NCBI GenBank assembly: GCA_964614215.1
Contig: CAZTKP010000002.1
Coordinates: 1 to 48,327 of the forward strand
Origin: an uncultured Spirochaetales bacterium
GTDB taxonomy: Bacteria > UBP6 > UBA1177
Direction: 5' to 3'
DNA length: 48,327 nucleotides
In this document: positions 37,581 to 46,509 of the stretch, one piece after another
Layout: each line of letters opens with the position of its first letter
Numbering within the stretch: position 1 is the stretch's first letter
Translations under genes and position numbers: made by a program
Notes under the pieces: model-generated
Databases searched by the model: none
What the model was told of the DNA's origin: nothing
The model's input: only the letters and a program-made list of their open reading frames with translations

Positions 37581-37997
37581 CTAGATAGCTCCTGTCTGAG
37601 AAAGAATATCCTGCCATCTAAGTAGTTTTTTTTCTGATTCCTCAACTATCTGAAGGAAGTATTCAATATTGTCAAAAGGTTTCAGGAGGAAGTCGTTGGC
37701 GCCGTTTTCCAGAGCACTAACAATTCTATCAATAGTACTGTATGCACTCATCATGATAACCTGTGTAAGTCCACTAATTTCCTTGACAATATTAAGTACA
37801 GTAATTCCATCCATATTGGGCATCAGAACATCAAGAAGAGCAATGTGAACCACGTTGTTCCTTATGTAGTCAACCGCATCTTCAGGCCTGTTTTTAGTGA
37901 TTACGTTGTACCCTTTACTTTCAAGGATCCTTTTAAGTCCTGAAAGAATATTTTCTTCGTCATCAAGAACCAGTATCGTCAGGTTTTTGTCAGCCAT
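37581..37997 (-). CDS. Stand-alone response-regulator receiver (CheY-like)
   Basis: 138 aa. Canonical DD, LLDVLMP, MMSA and LLKPF residues. The TAG stop abuts the GTG of the HD-GYP gene. Confidence 0.9.
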   Translation of the reverse strand: MADKNLTILVLDDEENILSGLKRILESKGYNVITKNRPEDAVDYIRNNVVHIALLDVLMPNMDGITVLNIVKEISGLTQVIMMSAYSTIDRIVSALENGANDFLLKPFDNIEYFLQIVEESEKKLLRWQDILSQTGAI

Positions 37998-38013
37998 AGT
38001 TATGCTCCTAAAA

Positions 38014-38598
38014 TTAAAAGTTAAAGAAATTCTTAACTACATCTCTGGAATTGATCATCTTGAGGATGGATTTGTAATTGTTCCAGAAGTAGACTCTGTC
38101 AATGAAAGTGTTAAGATCATTTTCATTAAGATTAAGAGTGTCAATAACTTTTACAACAACTCTAAACCCCGTTTTTTCATAAATAAACTCATTCATCTCG
38201 TCACAGGGAAAAGAGTGGGCGAGAACAGTGAGAACAACATCATTTTTAAGATATGAAACAAAGCCGGCAAGGGTTTTCGGAGCATATTCCTCAATAAAAG
38301 ATGCTCCTACTTTCATTATTCTGTTAACTGTTTTTTCTTCTTCTTTAAAAAGATTTATTATTGAATCATGGAGAAGATGCTTTTCATTAAGTCTATAATG
38401 ATAGGCGTTACCTACATGTTCTCTTTCAACAATTCCAGTCGAAAGCAGAAAATCCAGAGCTTTTTTATTAGAGTTGGGATTTGTGCTGCTTAAGGTTGCG
38501 ATCTTTCTTCCCGTGTAGTTCTGTTTGTTCACAAGAATCCGTAGAATATCAACTTTAGCTCTTGAGCCGAGAAGATAGGAGAGAGGTAAATAGGTCAT
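38014..38598 (-). CDS. Hypothetical protein with an N-terminal winged-helix-like region
   Basis: 194 aa. The N-terminal segment (GSRAKVDILRIL ... TGRKIA ... LDFLLSTGIVERE.VGNAYHYRL) looks like a MarR/ArsR-type wHTH. The C-terminal half is unrecognised. This is the first gene of the REC / HD-GYP operon. Confidence 0.45.
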   Translation of the reverse strand: MTYLPLSYLLGSRAKVDILRILVNKQNYTGRKIATLSSTNPNSNKKALDFLLSTGIVEREHVGNAYHYRLNEKHLLHDSIINLFKEEEKTVNRIMKVGASFIEEYAPKTLAGFVSYLKNDVVLTVLAHSFPCDEMNEFIYEKTGFRVVVKVIDTLNLNENDLNTFIDRVYFWNNYKSILKMINSRDVVKNFFNF

Positions 38599-38792
38599 CT
38601 TCAGCCTCCAGTAAAATGGTAAAGTTTAAAGAACTTTTAATATTATAAAATATAACCGTTCAATGTCAAAGAAATCAATACAATATATGGGTATTTCTTA
38701 TAATAAATGAAACAAAAATAAAAAATTGTGACAATTTTATTCAATCTGTTATCATCTCACGAATTTTATTTAATTTAATTCCGGAGGGAGTT

Positions 38793-40202
38793 ATGGCTAA
38801 ACAGAAAAAGAAAACAACTGATCCTAAAGATTTTCTCTACACAAAAAAATCCGGCTGGGAAGGAATAAACAGAGCCGAAAAGAAAAAAATAATGGATTTT
38901 TCAATTGGTTACAGAAAATTCCTGGATGACGCTAAGACTGAGAGAGAAGCTGTTAAGACAATAGAGGCGCTGGCAAAGAAAGAGGGCTACGTAAACATAG
39001 AGACGGCTAAAAAAACCGATAAAAAGCTTTTCATCAACTTTGATAATGTCGCCTGCGTCCTTGCTGATATCGGTGATATGAACTTTGAGAAAGGTTTTCT
39101 CATGGTCGGTGCGCATATTGATGCTCCGAGACTTGATCTGAAGGGCTGTCCTCTTTTCGAAGCGGAGGATATGGCTTTTATGAAGACACACTACTACGGC
39201 GGAATAAAGAAGTATCAGTGGGTGTCGAGACCTCTTGCTCTGCATGGTGTTGTTGTAACTACGGAAGGTAAGAAGATAGACGTTGAGATCGGTGAAGCAG
39301 CTGATGATCCGGTGTTTACTATTAACGATCTTCTTCCTCATCTTGCTCAGGACCAGATGCAGAAGCCGGCTAGAAAGATAATCGAGGGTGAGAACCTTAA
39401 TATTCTTATCGGTTCGATCCCCTATAAGTTCAAATATGAGAAGGATGCTCTTAAGAAGGCCATGATGGAGATCTTTCACGACAAATACGGTATCTGTGAA
39501 GAGGACTTCATTTCGTCCGAACTTCAGCTTGTTCCTTCTGAAAAGGCAAGAGATGTCGGTCTTGACAGAAGTTTTGTGGGTGCGCACGGACAGGATGACA
39601 GGGTGTGCAGCTATGCGGCTATGGAGGCGATCTTCAGGGCCGACAAGAGAAAGGTCAACAAGTTCGTCATGTTCTTTGACAAGGAGGAAATCGGATCGAA
39701 GGGTAATGCAGGTGCGAACTCTAATATTCTTGAAAGAGCAGTGAACAACATCATAAATCACTATGGAAAAGGTCACTACAACACACTTATCAAAGCTCTT
39801 GAGAACAGTAAGTTCCTCAGTGCGGACGTTAATGCGGGTATTGATCCCGAATGGGCGGGCACTATGGAAAAGAACAATGCTGCAAAGATCGGGTTCGGTG
39901 TCTGTCTGACCAAGTTCACCGGAAGCGGCGGAAAATCCAACTCCAATGAAGCTCACGCTGAATTTGTCGCACAGTGCCGTAAAGCTTTTAATGCTGAGGA
40001 CGTAAGATGGCAGTCAGCTGAACTTGGAAAGGTAGATCAAGGTGGCGGTGGAACAATAGCGATGTTCATAGCCGAGTACGGAATGGACGTAATTGACTGC
40101 GGAACGCCTGTTCTTGCGATGCATTCTCCTTTTGAAATATCATCAAAGGCGGATGTGTATAACACCTTTAAAGCATACAAGGCCTTTTTTAAACATGTCT
40201 AG
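38793..40202 (+). CDS. M18-family aminopeptidase
   Basis: 469 aa. Motifs GAHIDAPRLDLK, GQDDRVC, DKEEIGS and AMHSP.E. Confidence 0.85.
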   Translation: MAKQKKKTTDPKDFLYTKKSGWEGINRAEKKKIMDFSIGYRKFLDDAKTEREAVKTIEALAKKEGYVNIETAKKTDKKLFINFDNVACVLADIGDMNFEKGFLMVGAHIDAPRLDLKGCPLFEAEDMAFMKTHYYGGIKKYQWVSRPLALHGVVVTTEGKKIDVEIGEAADDPVFTINDLLPHLAQDQMQKPARKIIEGENLNILIGSIPYKFKYEKDALKKAMMEIFHDKYGICEEDFISSELQLVPSEKARDVGLDRSFVGAHGQDDRVCSYAAMEAIFRADKRKVNKFVMFFDKEEIGSKGNAGANSNILERAVNNIINHYGKGHYNTLIKALENSKFLSADVNAGIDPEWAGTMEKNNAAKIGFGVCLTKFTGSGGKSNSNEAHAEFVAQCRKAFNAEDVRWQSAELGKVDQGGGGTIAMFIAEYGMDVIDCGTPVLAMHSPFEISSKADVYNTFKAYKAFFKHV

Positions 40203-40216
40203 ACCCTGAGGATCAC

Positions 40217-41062
40217 ATGAAAATCAAAGAAGCTGTTGAATTTATTAGAAATAAGGTTCAAATCTCGGGCTTTGAGATGCCTGAACTTGCAGTAACTCTG
40301 GGAAGCGGTCTGGGATTTTTTGCGGAAAATGCACAGATGCTTCTGGAGTTCCCTTACGGTGATATTCCCAACTTTCCAGTATCCACTGTTGTTGGACACA
40401 AAGGAAGACTTATACTTGCAAAGGATAGCACGACAGAAAAGAATTTCTGGATCATGCAGGGCAGGGTGCATTACTACGAAGGCTACACGATGGAACAGGT
40501 TGTATTTCCGGTAAGGGTGCTGATCAAACTCGGTATCAGGAAATATGTTGTCACAAATGCTGCCGGCGGAGTTAATCCCAACTTTGAAGCGGGTGATCTG
40601 ATGATCATAAGAGACCATATCAATATGATGGGAACAAACCCTCTGATCGGCCCAAATAAAGAGGAGTTCGGAACAAGATTTCCCGATATGAGCCACGCAT
40701 ACAGTAAAAAGTTGAGCCTCCTTATACAGAAAGCTGCGCTTGAGACTGGTGTTTCGATGAAAGAGGGTGTTTACATGGGGCTTTCCGGGCCTACATTTGA
40801 AACTCCTGCCGAAGTAAGAATGGTGGCAAAGCTCGGAGCTGATGCTGTGGGAATGTCGACTGTCCCTGAAGTTATTGCGGCAAAGCATGCATCTGTTGAA
40901 GAAGTTGCGGGAATAAGTTTTATTTCAAATCAGGCTGCAGGGATCTCACCTGAACCTCTTTCGCATGAAGAGGTCAGCGAAAATGCAGCGAAGGTGGAGA
41001 AGAAATTTTCTGCGTTGATGGAAAAGTTCGTAACAATGATCCTGAGGGAAAGTGATGACTGA
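40217..41062 (+). CDS. punA: Purine nucleoside phosphorylase (trimeric PNP/XapA type)
   Basis: 281 aa. Motifs GSGLG, VGHKGRL, GRVHYYEG, TNAAGG, GPTFETPAE and GADAVGMSTVPE. Confidence 0.9.
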   Translation: MKIKEAVEFIRNKVQISGFEMPELAVTLGSGLGFFAENAQMLLEFPYGDIPNFPVSTVVGHKGRLILAKDSTTEKNFWIMQGRVHYYEGYTMEQVVFPVRVLIKLGIRKYVVTNAAGGVNPNFEAGDLMIIRDHINMMGTNPLIGPNKEEFGTRFPDMSHAYSKKLSLLIQKAALETGVSMKEGVYMGLSGPTFETPAEVRMVAKLGADAVGMSTVPEVIAAKHASVEEVAGISFISNQAAGISPEPLSHEEVSENAAKVEKKFSALMEKFVTMILRESDD

Positions 41063-41459
41063 GGAACTACTTAAAGAAGCAGTAGAGCTTGCACTAAAGA
41101 TCCGCAAAAATGCCCATGCAGTCTATTCGAATTTTGCTGTCGGAGCAGTTATAATCACAAAAAGCGGCAAAATCTACCCCGGAGTGAATGTTGAGAACTC
41201 TTCATACGGAGCGACGGTCTGTGCTGAAAGAGTGGCACTTTTTAACGCGGTAACTGATGGAAACAAGGATTTTTCAGCAATAGTTATAGCTTCAGAGCTT
41301 AAAGGAAAAGCCGTTTTCCCATGCGGAATCTGCAGACAGGTTCTTGCGGATTTTAATCCTGATATGGATGTTTATCTTGTAAACAGTCTGACTGGTTCAG
41401 TTGAAAGGAAAGTTGCCCTCAGGGAGATCTTTCCGGAGCACTTTGAATTCCATAAATGA
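41052..41459 (+). CDS. cdd: Cytidine deaminase
   Basis: 135 aa. Zinc ligand motifs CAERVA and PCGICRQ. Confidence 0.9.
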   Translation: MMTEELLKEAVELALKIRKNAHAVYSNFAVGAVIITKSGKIYPGVNVENSSYGATVCAERVALFNAVTDGNKDFSAIVIASELKGKAVFPCGICRQVLADFNPDMDVYLVNSLTGSVERKVALREIFPEHFEFHK

Positions 41460-42718
41460 AAATTCTCGCCATAAATCCTCCCGTTGAAGATTTCTCAGCC
41501 TATAATCTATGGGCCTGTCCGCTTGGTCTGTTCAGAGTTCTTGAACAATTTCAAAGAGATGGCCATGAAATTAAATATCTTGACCTGCTTGATGGTTCCG
41601 GCATAGGGGATGATCTTGCAGATCCGCCTAAACATCGAAAAGACGGTAGACATTCCTACTGGAAAAGAGTTATCGCAAAACCGTCAGAACTTAAACTTGT
41701 TCCCAGAAACTACTTTAGATTCGGAGCTGGCAGGGAAAAAGTTAAAGAACTGATAAGTAAAAGTGAGAAACCCGATAAAGTTTTAATATCCACTGGTATG
41801 ACTTACTGGTACAGGACTGTTCTTGAGGTTATTGACGCTGTAAAGGATATTTTTCCTGAGGCGGAAATAACAGTCGGCGGAATTTCAGCGACTTTGATTC
41901 CTCAAGTGTTTGAAAAGACAGGTGTAACTGTCCACAGAGGGAGCTTCCCTGTCGATGAGGATATAACGGGAACGGGGAGTGATCTTGTGAAGAGCCTCCG
42001 GTTCTTTCCTGCAAATCTCGTGGAGGGTTGTCCAAACAGATGTAATTACTGTTCAAGTTCTATTTTTTATCCGAAAATGCGTTTTGCGGATATAGAAAGG
42101 CAGGTGTCGGATCTTCATCAGTGGAGTAACGATACAGGGCTTAGCGATATTGCTTTCTATGATGATGCTTTACTGCTTGGAAATGGTCGCTATCTCAAGG
42201 TATTCTTAGATAAACTTGATTCGGAAGAGTTCAGCTTCCATACGCCTAACGGGCTCCATCTTCGTGAAGTTGATGAAGAACTGTGTGAGTATTTTGCCCG
42301 TTACAGGTTCGATCAGCTCCGATTCGGTTTCGAGACGGCTTTTTCAAGATACGACAACAAAACTGATCTTCCGCAGCTTAAAAAAGTGGTGAAAATGCTC
42401 TATGCGACCGGTTTCAGTAGCGACAGAATAGGTGTTTATCTGCTCTGTGCACTGCCGGGTCAGACTGTTGAAGAAGTTGATAAAACCATTGATATTGTTG
42501 CACAAATCGGCGCAAGACCTTATCTGAGCGAGCTTTCTCCAGTGCCGGGGACGTCAGTGTTCAACGAACATAAGCTTGAAAGTCTGCTGGATTTTGAGAA
42601 TGAGCCGCTTTATCAGAATAATTCACTTTCATCGTTCAGAAGTCCGGTGTTTACCGGTGAAGTTATGGAGAGACTTAAAATGAAGCTTAACGATATTTAC
42701 AGTACTCAGGATAAATGA
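41456..42718 (+). CDS. Radical SAM protein with an N-terminal B12-binding-like (Rossmann) domain
   Basis: 420 aa. N-terminus resembles class-B rSAM proteins (KILAINPP ... PLGL). The cluster motif is CPNRCNYC. Confidence 0.75.
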   Translation: MKILAINPPVEDFSAYNLWACPLGLFRVLEQFQRDGHEIKYLDLLDGSGIGDDLADPPKHRKDGRHSYWKRVIAKPSELKLVPRNYFRFGAGREKVKELISKSEKPDKVLISTGMTYWYRTVLEVIDAVKDIFPEAEITVGGISATLIPQVFEKTGVTVHRGSFPVDEDITGTGSDLVKSLRFFPANLVEGCPNRCNYCSSSIFYPKMRFADIERQVSDLHQWSNDTGLSDIAFYDDALLLGNGRYLKVFLDKLDSEEFSFHTPNGLHLREVDEELCEYFARYRFDQLRFGFETAFSRYDNKTDLPQLKKVVKMLYATGFSSDRIGVYLLCALPGQTVEEVDKTIDIVAQIGARPYLSELSPVPGTSVFNEHKLESLLDFENEPLYQNNSLSSFRSPVFTGEVMERLKMKLNDIYSTQDK

Positions 42719-42775
42719 TTTATTTTTATCTTTTTTATGTTATTATTTCCGGGGAACGGTATCAGGAGATCGGCA

Positions 42776-43138
42776 ATGAGTGAAAACAAGGCTTTTTTTG
42801 ACGCAAACCTGCTCTTAGAAACAGCTGAGAATGATGGTGCCTGGGCTAGAGAGCTTCTGGAAATGTTTAGAAAAGATACGGCTGAGCGTATAGAAGCTGT
42901 CAGAAGTATTCTCAGAGAAAATGAACCTGACCCTGAAATGATAAGGATCCATTTCCATACAATAAAAAGTTCAGCGGGCACTGTCGGAGCTACAGCCTTG
43001 AAGGACATTGCTTTTGAACTTGAGCAGGCATCTATTAACAGAGATGTGGAGCTAATTAAGAAAACTATTCCAAAGTTTGAGGATATGACCCGAAAGAGCA
43101 TTGAAGAGTTTGAGAAAGCAGTTAAGAGAGCGTTTTGA
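42776..43138 (+). CDS. Stand-alone histidine phosphotransfer (Hpt) domain protein
   Basis: About 120 aa. Hpt signature HFHTIKSSAGTVGA. I prefer the ATG at 42776 because AGGAG lies 7 nt upstream; the ORF track start is 42737. Confidence 0.75.
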   Translation: MSENKAFFDANLLLETAENDGAWARELLEMFRKDTAERIEAVRSILRENEPDPEMIRIHFHTIKSSAGTVGATALKDIAFELEQASINRDVELIKKTIPKFEDMTRKSIEEFEKAVKRAF

Positions 43139-44097
43139 ATAAAAAAGTTAAAGCCGGCATAGCCTTTGCCGTTACAATAATTTTATTTGCCTATCTGTTT
43201 CATGATCTGGATTTTAAACTGTTTCTTGATTATCTGATAAAGGGCGATCAGAAACTGGTAGTTGCGGCTTCAGCACTCTATCTTTTTTCCTTTGTTATAA
43301 GGGGAATGAGGTGGAAAATACTTCTTGGGCATCTGGGAACTTTCAAATTAAGAGAGCTTTCTACGCTTACTATCGCGGGATATGCGGTCAACAACGTTCT
43401 TCCTGTCAGAATAGGGGAATTCACCAGGGCATGGCTTACAGGAAAGAGAAACAACGTCAGCAGGACTTCTGTTCTCGCTTCGATCTTTGTAGAGAGGATC
43501 TTTGACGGGCTTACGATAGCTCTCATTCTTTCCGTTACGCTCTTTTTCTATCCTTTCCCTCAAAGTGTGAAAACTCTGGCAACTCTTGCTTCAGCTTTTT
43601 TTGCGCTCCTCTTTCTTTTTATAATGTTCGGAACTTTTTCCGATATTCCTGTAAAAATAATAAAGTATTTTGAAAAGAGAAGTCCTAAAAAACTCAGTTT
43701 TGTGTTCGAGTTAGCCGATAAATTCCTTAAAGGTGCTGCTTCTTTAAAGTCAGGGAAACAAGTCATTATAGTGACTTTGCTCAGTGTCTTGACATGGACG
43801 GTTGAACTTGGTGTTTATATAATAATTTCAAAGGCTTTCAATGTCGACATCCCTGTCGTAGCCTATCTCTATATGCTCTGTGCTGCTAATCTGGGAATGC
43901 TTGCGGCACCGACTCCCGGAGGACTTGCAGTCTTTCAAGCCGCGATCGTTTATGCCTTAAGGTCTTTTTCAATTCTCTATGAAAAGAGGATGGCTGTAGC
44001 GATAGTTCTTCATATGGCACAGATCATTCCGGTAACAATTATCGGATTGCTCTGGCTGTATCTAAATCATATTTCGATTACAGAGGATGAAGAGTAA
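43135..44097 (+). CDS. Multi-pass membrane protein of the flippase-like / lysyl-phosphatidylglycerol-synthase TM-region (UPF0104) type
   Basis: 320 aa with about 8 hydrophobic helices. Contains a RG.RWK..L motif and GEF.R. The TTG start overlaps the Hpt stop. Confidence 0.6.
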   Translation: MNKKVKAGIAFAVTIILFAYLFHDLDFKLFLDYLIKGDQKLVVAASALYLFSFVIRGMRWKILLGHLGTFKLRELSTLTIAGYAVNNVLPVRIGEFTRAWLTGKRNNVSRTSVLASIFVERIFDGLTIALILSVTLFFYPFPQSVKTLATLASAFFALLFLFIMFGTFSDIPVKIIKYFEKRSPKKLSFVFELADKFLKGAASLKSGKQVIIVTLLSVLTWTVELGVYIIISKAFNVDIPVVAYLYMLCAANLGMLAAPTPGGLAVFQAAIVYALRSFSILYEKRMAVAIVLHMAQIIPVTIIGLLWLYLNHISITEDEE

Positions 44098-44197
44098 CTC
44101 ATCCCCCGACCCCTTCTCTTGTCCCAAAAGAAGGGGAGTTTAACCCTCTTTTTATAAAGAGAGGGTGGACAGAGCTTTGCGAATGGCCGGGTGAGTT
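44096..44197. repeat. Composite REP-like element: two palindromic units in opposite orientation
   Basis: AACTCATCCCCC head, then hairpin CCCCTTCT (44110-44117) / AGAAGGGG (44129-44136). A second hairpin is ACCCTCT (44143-44149) / AGAGGGT (44160-44166), and the element ends in GGGTGAGTT (44189-44197). Confidence 0.55.
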
Positions 44198-44236
44198 AAA
44201 AGAAAGAAATTGTTGAATATATGGGATTTAGGGGAT

Positions 44237-45832
44237 TTAAGCTGTTTCAGTCTCAGTTTCTTCTGAAACATTATCTTCTTCAGGAACAAGTATCTTAAGG
44301 AAGAATTTTCCAAGTGCGATGAGTGCCACAGGTGTTATGAGAGCCGTTCCGCCGATCCAGACCCAGACCATTGTGTAATCATCAGCAGGTGGAAGATTTG
44401 ATGGTGTGTAGTACTTAATGAGAAGTCCTGACATTGGTCCTGCTATGAACTTTGCGGCAAACCAGGGAAGTAAGGAAAGAGCAATATATGTTCCTTCCTT
44501 TCCTTTGGGAGCTATCTCAGCTGTAAACTGCATGAGTCTCGGTGACCAGATCGCTTCACCAATTGTGAAAATGATTATAAAAATTATTAGCGGCCAGTAT
44601 TCAGGTGTAGGCGGATTAGTTGTAAGTGCTTCCGCGCTGTCTGCAAGCCCTAACCACTTGATAAATATTAGTTCTCCGAAAAGACTGTGAGTAAGTCCTT
44701 CGAAAACTTTTCCGGGAATTACAGCAATAAAACAGGAGAGAGATGACACAAGTGATCCTACGATAAGCATTCTGTAAGAGCTTGTTTTCTTTGTGAAATA
44801 TGCAATAAGCGGCACGATAAAAATGATGAGGAGAGGGTTGAGAACACCGTAAACGTTACCGATCTTCGCTCCTTCACCCAGAACACTGATACCGTATTTG
44901 GGGAAAGTGTATGCAAAGTGGTAGAAAACAAACCTTACGAATATTGTTAGAGAAAGCATTCCGATGTAAATCCAGAAGAGCTTTTCCACAATAACCTTCT
45001 TTATCATGTTGTATACATCTATTGCAGAATTTTTTACAGCTGCAAATCCGCTCCCCATGTCTTTTTTGGGAACCTCAGTAAGAGTTCCGTCATCCTGAAG
45101 TTCGATGTTTCCTTTAATAAAAACAGCAACAATTAAGCTGACAATGGTAAAGACAAATCCTATGATCATGAACATCTGGTATGTGGTAAAGTGAATTCCC
45201 AGAAGATCCATCCCCACATTTTCGTTCACTACTTTTCCTGCGGCGTCCTTGAGAGAAAAGAAATCTCTAACGCCGTCAAACATAAATCCGCCGAAAGCAA
45301 ATCCCAGGTTCATAAGAACGTAGAAAAGACCGAATCCCATTGCTGCAGTTTCTTTGGTCGTGAATCTTTTAATCGTTACTGAAATTAATGGTCCGACAAT
45401 GGCAAAGCCGATTGCCATTGGAATGAATCCAAGAATAAAGAGGAGCGTCGGGTTTGTGATAAAAGCCATGAAAAATCGGGATATCAGAATAAAGATGATA
45501 CTTATCATCAGAGTTTTCTTTACGCCTATAGTATCAACAACTGCACCTGTCACCATTCCGGTTACGGTCATAAAAACTGACCAGGCCATGATATATGTTC
45601 CGGCACCCAGGTCACTGACACCACAGTCAGCTGTGAGCCATAGAACAAGAGTCATGTTAATAGCGGCATAGGCGGTGTATTCGATAATGTTGTAAATAAA
45701 AAGAAGCCACATGTCGATCGGTGACTGTCTAAGACCTTTTGCATAACTCCAGATAATGCCTACCAGTGCAATAACCAGACCTACAATTAGAGCATAAAAT
45801 AAAACATCAACTGCCTGCATGAATTTCTCCAT
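44237..45832 (-). CDS. MFS-type multi-pass transporter, substrate unknown
   Basis: 531 aa with 12 or more hydrophobic helices and an acidic C-terminal tail. I recognise no diagnostic family motif. Confidence 0.65.
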   Translation of the reverse strand: MEKFMQAVDVLFYALIVGLVIALVGIIWSYAKGLRQSPIDMWLLFIYNIIEYTAYAAINMTLVLWLTADCGVSDLGAGTYIMAWSVFMTVTGMVTGAVVDTIGVKKTLMISIIFILISRFFMAFITNPTLLFILGFIPMAIGFAIVGPLISVTIKRFTTKETAAMGFGLFYVLMNLGFAFGGFMFDGVRDFFSLKDAAGKVVNENVGMDLLGIHFTTYQMFMIIGFVFTIVSLIVAVFIKGNIELQDDGTLTEVPKKDMGSGFAAVKNSAIDVYNMIKKVIVEKLFWIYIGMLSLTIFVRFVFYHFAYTFPKYGISVLGEGAKIGNVYGVLNPLLIIFIVPLIAYFTKKTSSYRMLIVGSLVSSLSCFIAVIPGKVFEGLTHSLFGELIFIKWLGLADSAEALTTNPPTPEYWPLIIFIIIFTIGEAIWSPRLMQFTAEIAPKGKEGTYIALSLLPWFAAKFIAGPMSGLLIKYYTPSNLPPADDYTMVWVWIGGTALITPVALIALGKFFLKILVPEEDNVSEETETETA

Positions 45833-45897
45833 TATGGTTTAAACAATTAAAGACTGAGCAAATTATCATTCACGTGGAATTATGTCAATGAAAAAGA

Positions 45898-46509
45898 CTA
45901 GTGAATAGAGTTGGAAACGGCTTTCCCCAGAGCCTGAATATTCTTAACTGTATTGCCGACTCTTTTCTGGAAAGAATTATAGATCACAAGTGCGGGAATG
46001 GCGATCACGATCCCGGCGACTGTTGTGATAAGAGCGTTTGAAATTCCTCCCATTGCTGCTTTTGCGTCAGGTCTTGCAGCAAGTGCAAGATCTGAGAATG
46101 ACTGCATAAGTCCGAGAACCGTTCCAAGAAGTCCGAGGAAGGGTGCGTTTGAACCGACGGTTGCAAAGTAAAGGAAGAACTTTTCCCATTTTCTGCGTGT
46201 AATGTCGACCTTTGCAGTTATTGAAGAAAAGAACTTTTCAGAAGTTTCAGCTTTTTTATCCTGAACTGCTTCAAGAACTATCTGAGCCTCAACGCTTTTA
46301 TCTCCTGAAAGAATTCTTATCGTGTCTTCTTTGTTTTGGGATTTATTTATTGAGCTGATAAGCGATTCAATGTCTTTTGTGAAGAACTTTCTGAAGAACA
46401 TCTTTCTTTCAACGTAGAAAGCTATCACAAAAAAACTGGCAAAAAACAACAAGATAAGAATTATCTGTGATCCGAGATCAGCTAAATAGGCGAGTTGTGA
46501 ACTTATCAT
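45898..46509 (-). CDS. MotA/TolQ/ExbB-family proton channel protein
   Basis: 203 aa with three TM helices and a conserved C-terminal half (APFLGLLGTVLGLM.SF ... ALITTVAGI.IAIPAL..YN). Confidence 0.85.
   Translation of the reverse strand: MISSQLAYLADLGSQIILILLFFASFFVIAFYVERKMFFRKFFTKDIESLISSINKSQNKEDTIRILSGDKSVEAQIVLEAVQDKKAETSEKFFSSITAKVDITRRKWEKFFLYFATVGSNAPFLGLLGTVLGLMQSFSDLALAARPDAKAAMGGISNALITTVAGIVIAIPALVIYNSFQKRVGNTVKNIQALGKAVSNSIH

Noticed and set aside
37578-37583. The TAG between REC and HD-GYP as a recoded (pyrrolysine or read-through) codon, or as proof of a pseudogene.
   Set aside because: No pyl genes or recoding signals are visible. A well-placed AGGAG plus GTG supports two coupled genes. 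This is kept only as a split-versus-fused question in the findings.
38901-39956. A 351-aa ORF antisense to the M18 aminopeptidase. Similar long antisense ORFs lie at 40199-40888 (opposite PNP), 26457-27164 (opposite Hsp70), 19263-19913 (opposite folC) and 35111-35653 (opposite rpsA).
   Set aside because: The sense-strand products carry unmistakable family motifs along their full length. The antisense translations have no recognisable motifs and look compositionally odd. They are most likely stop-codon-poor shadow frames.
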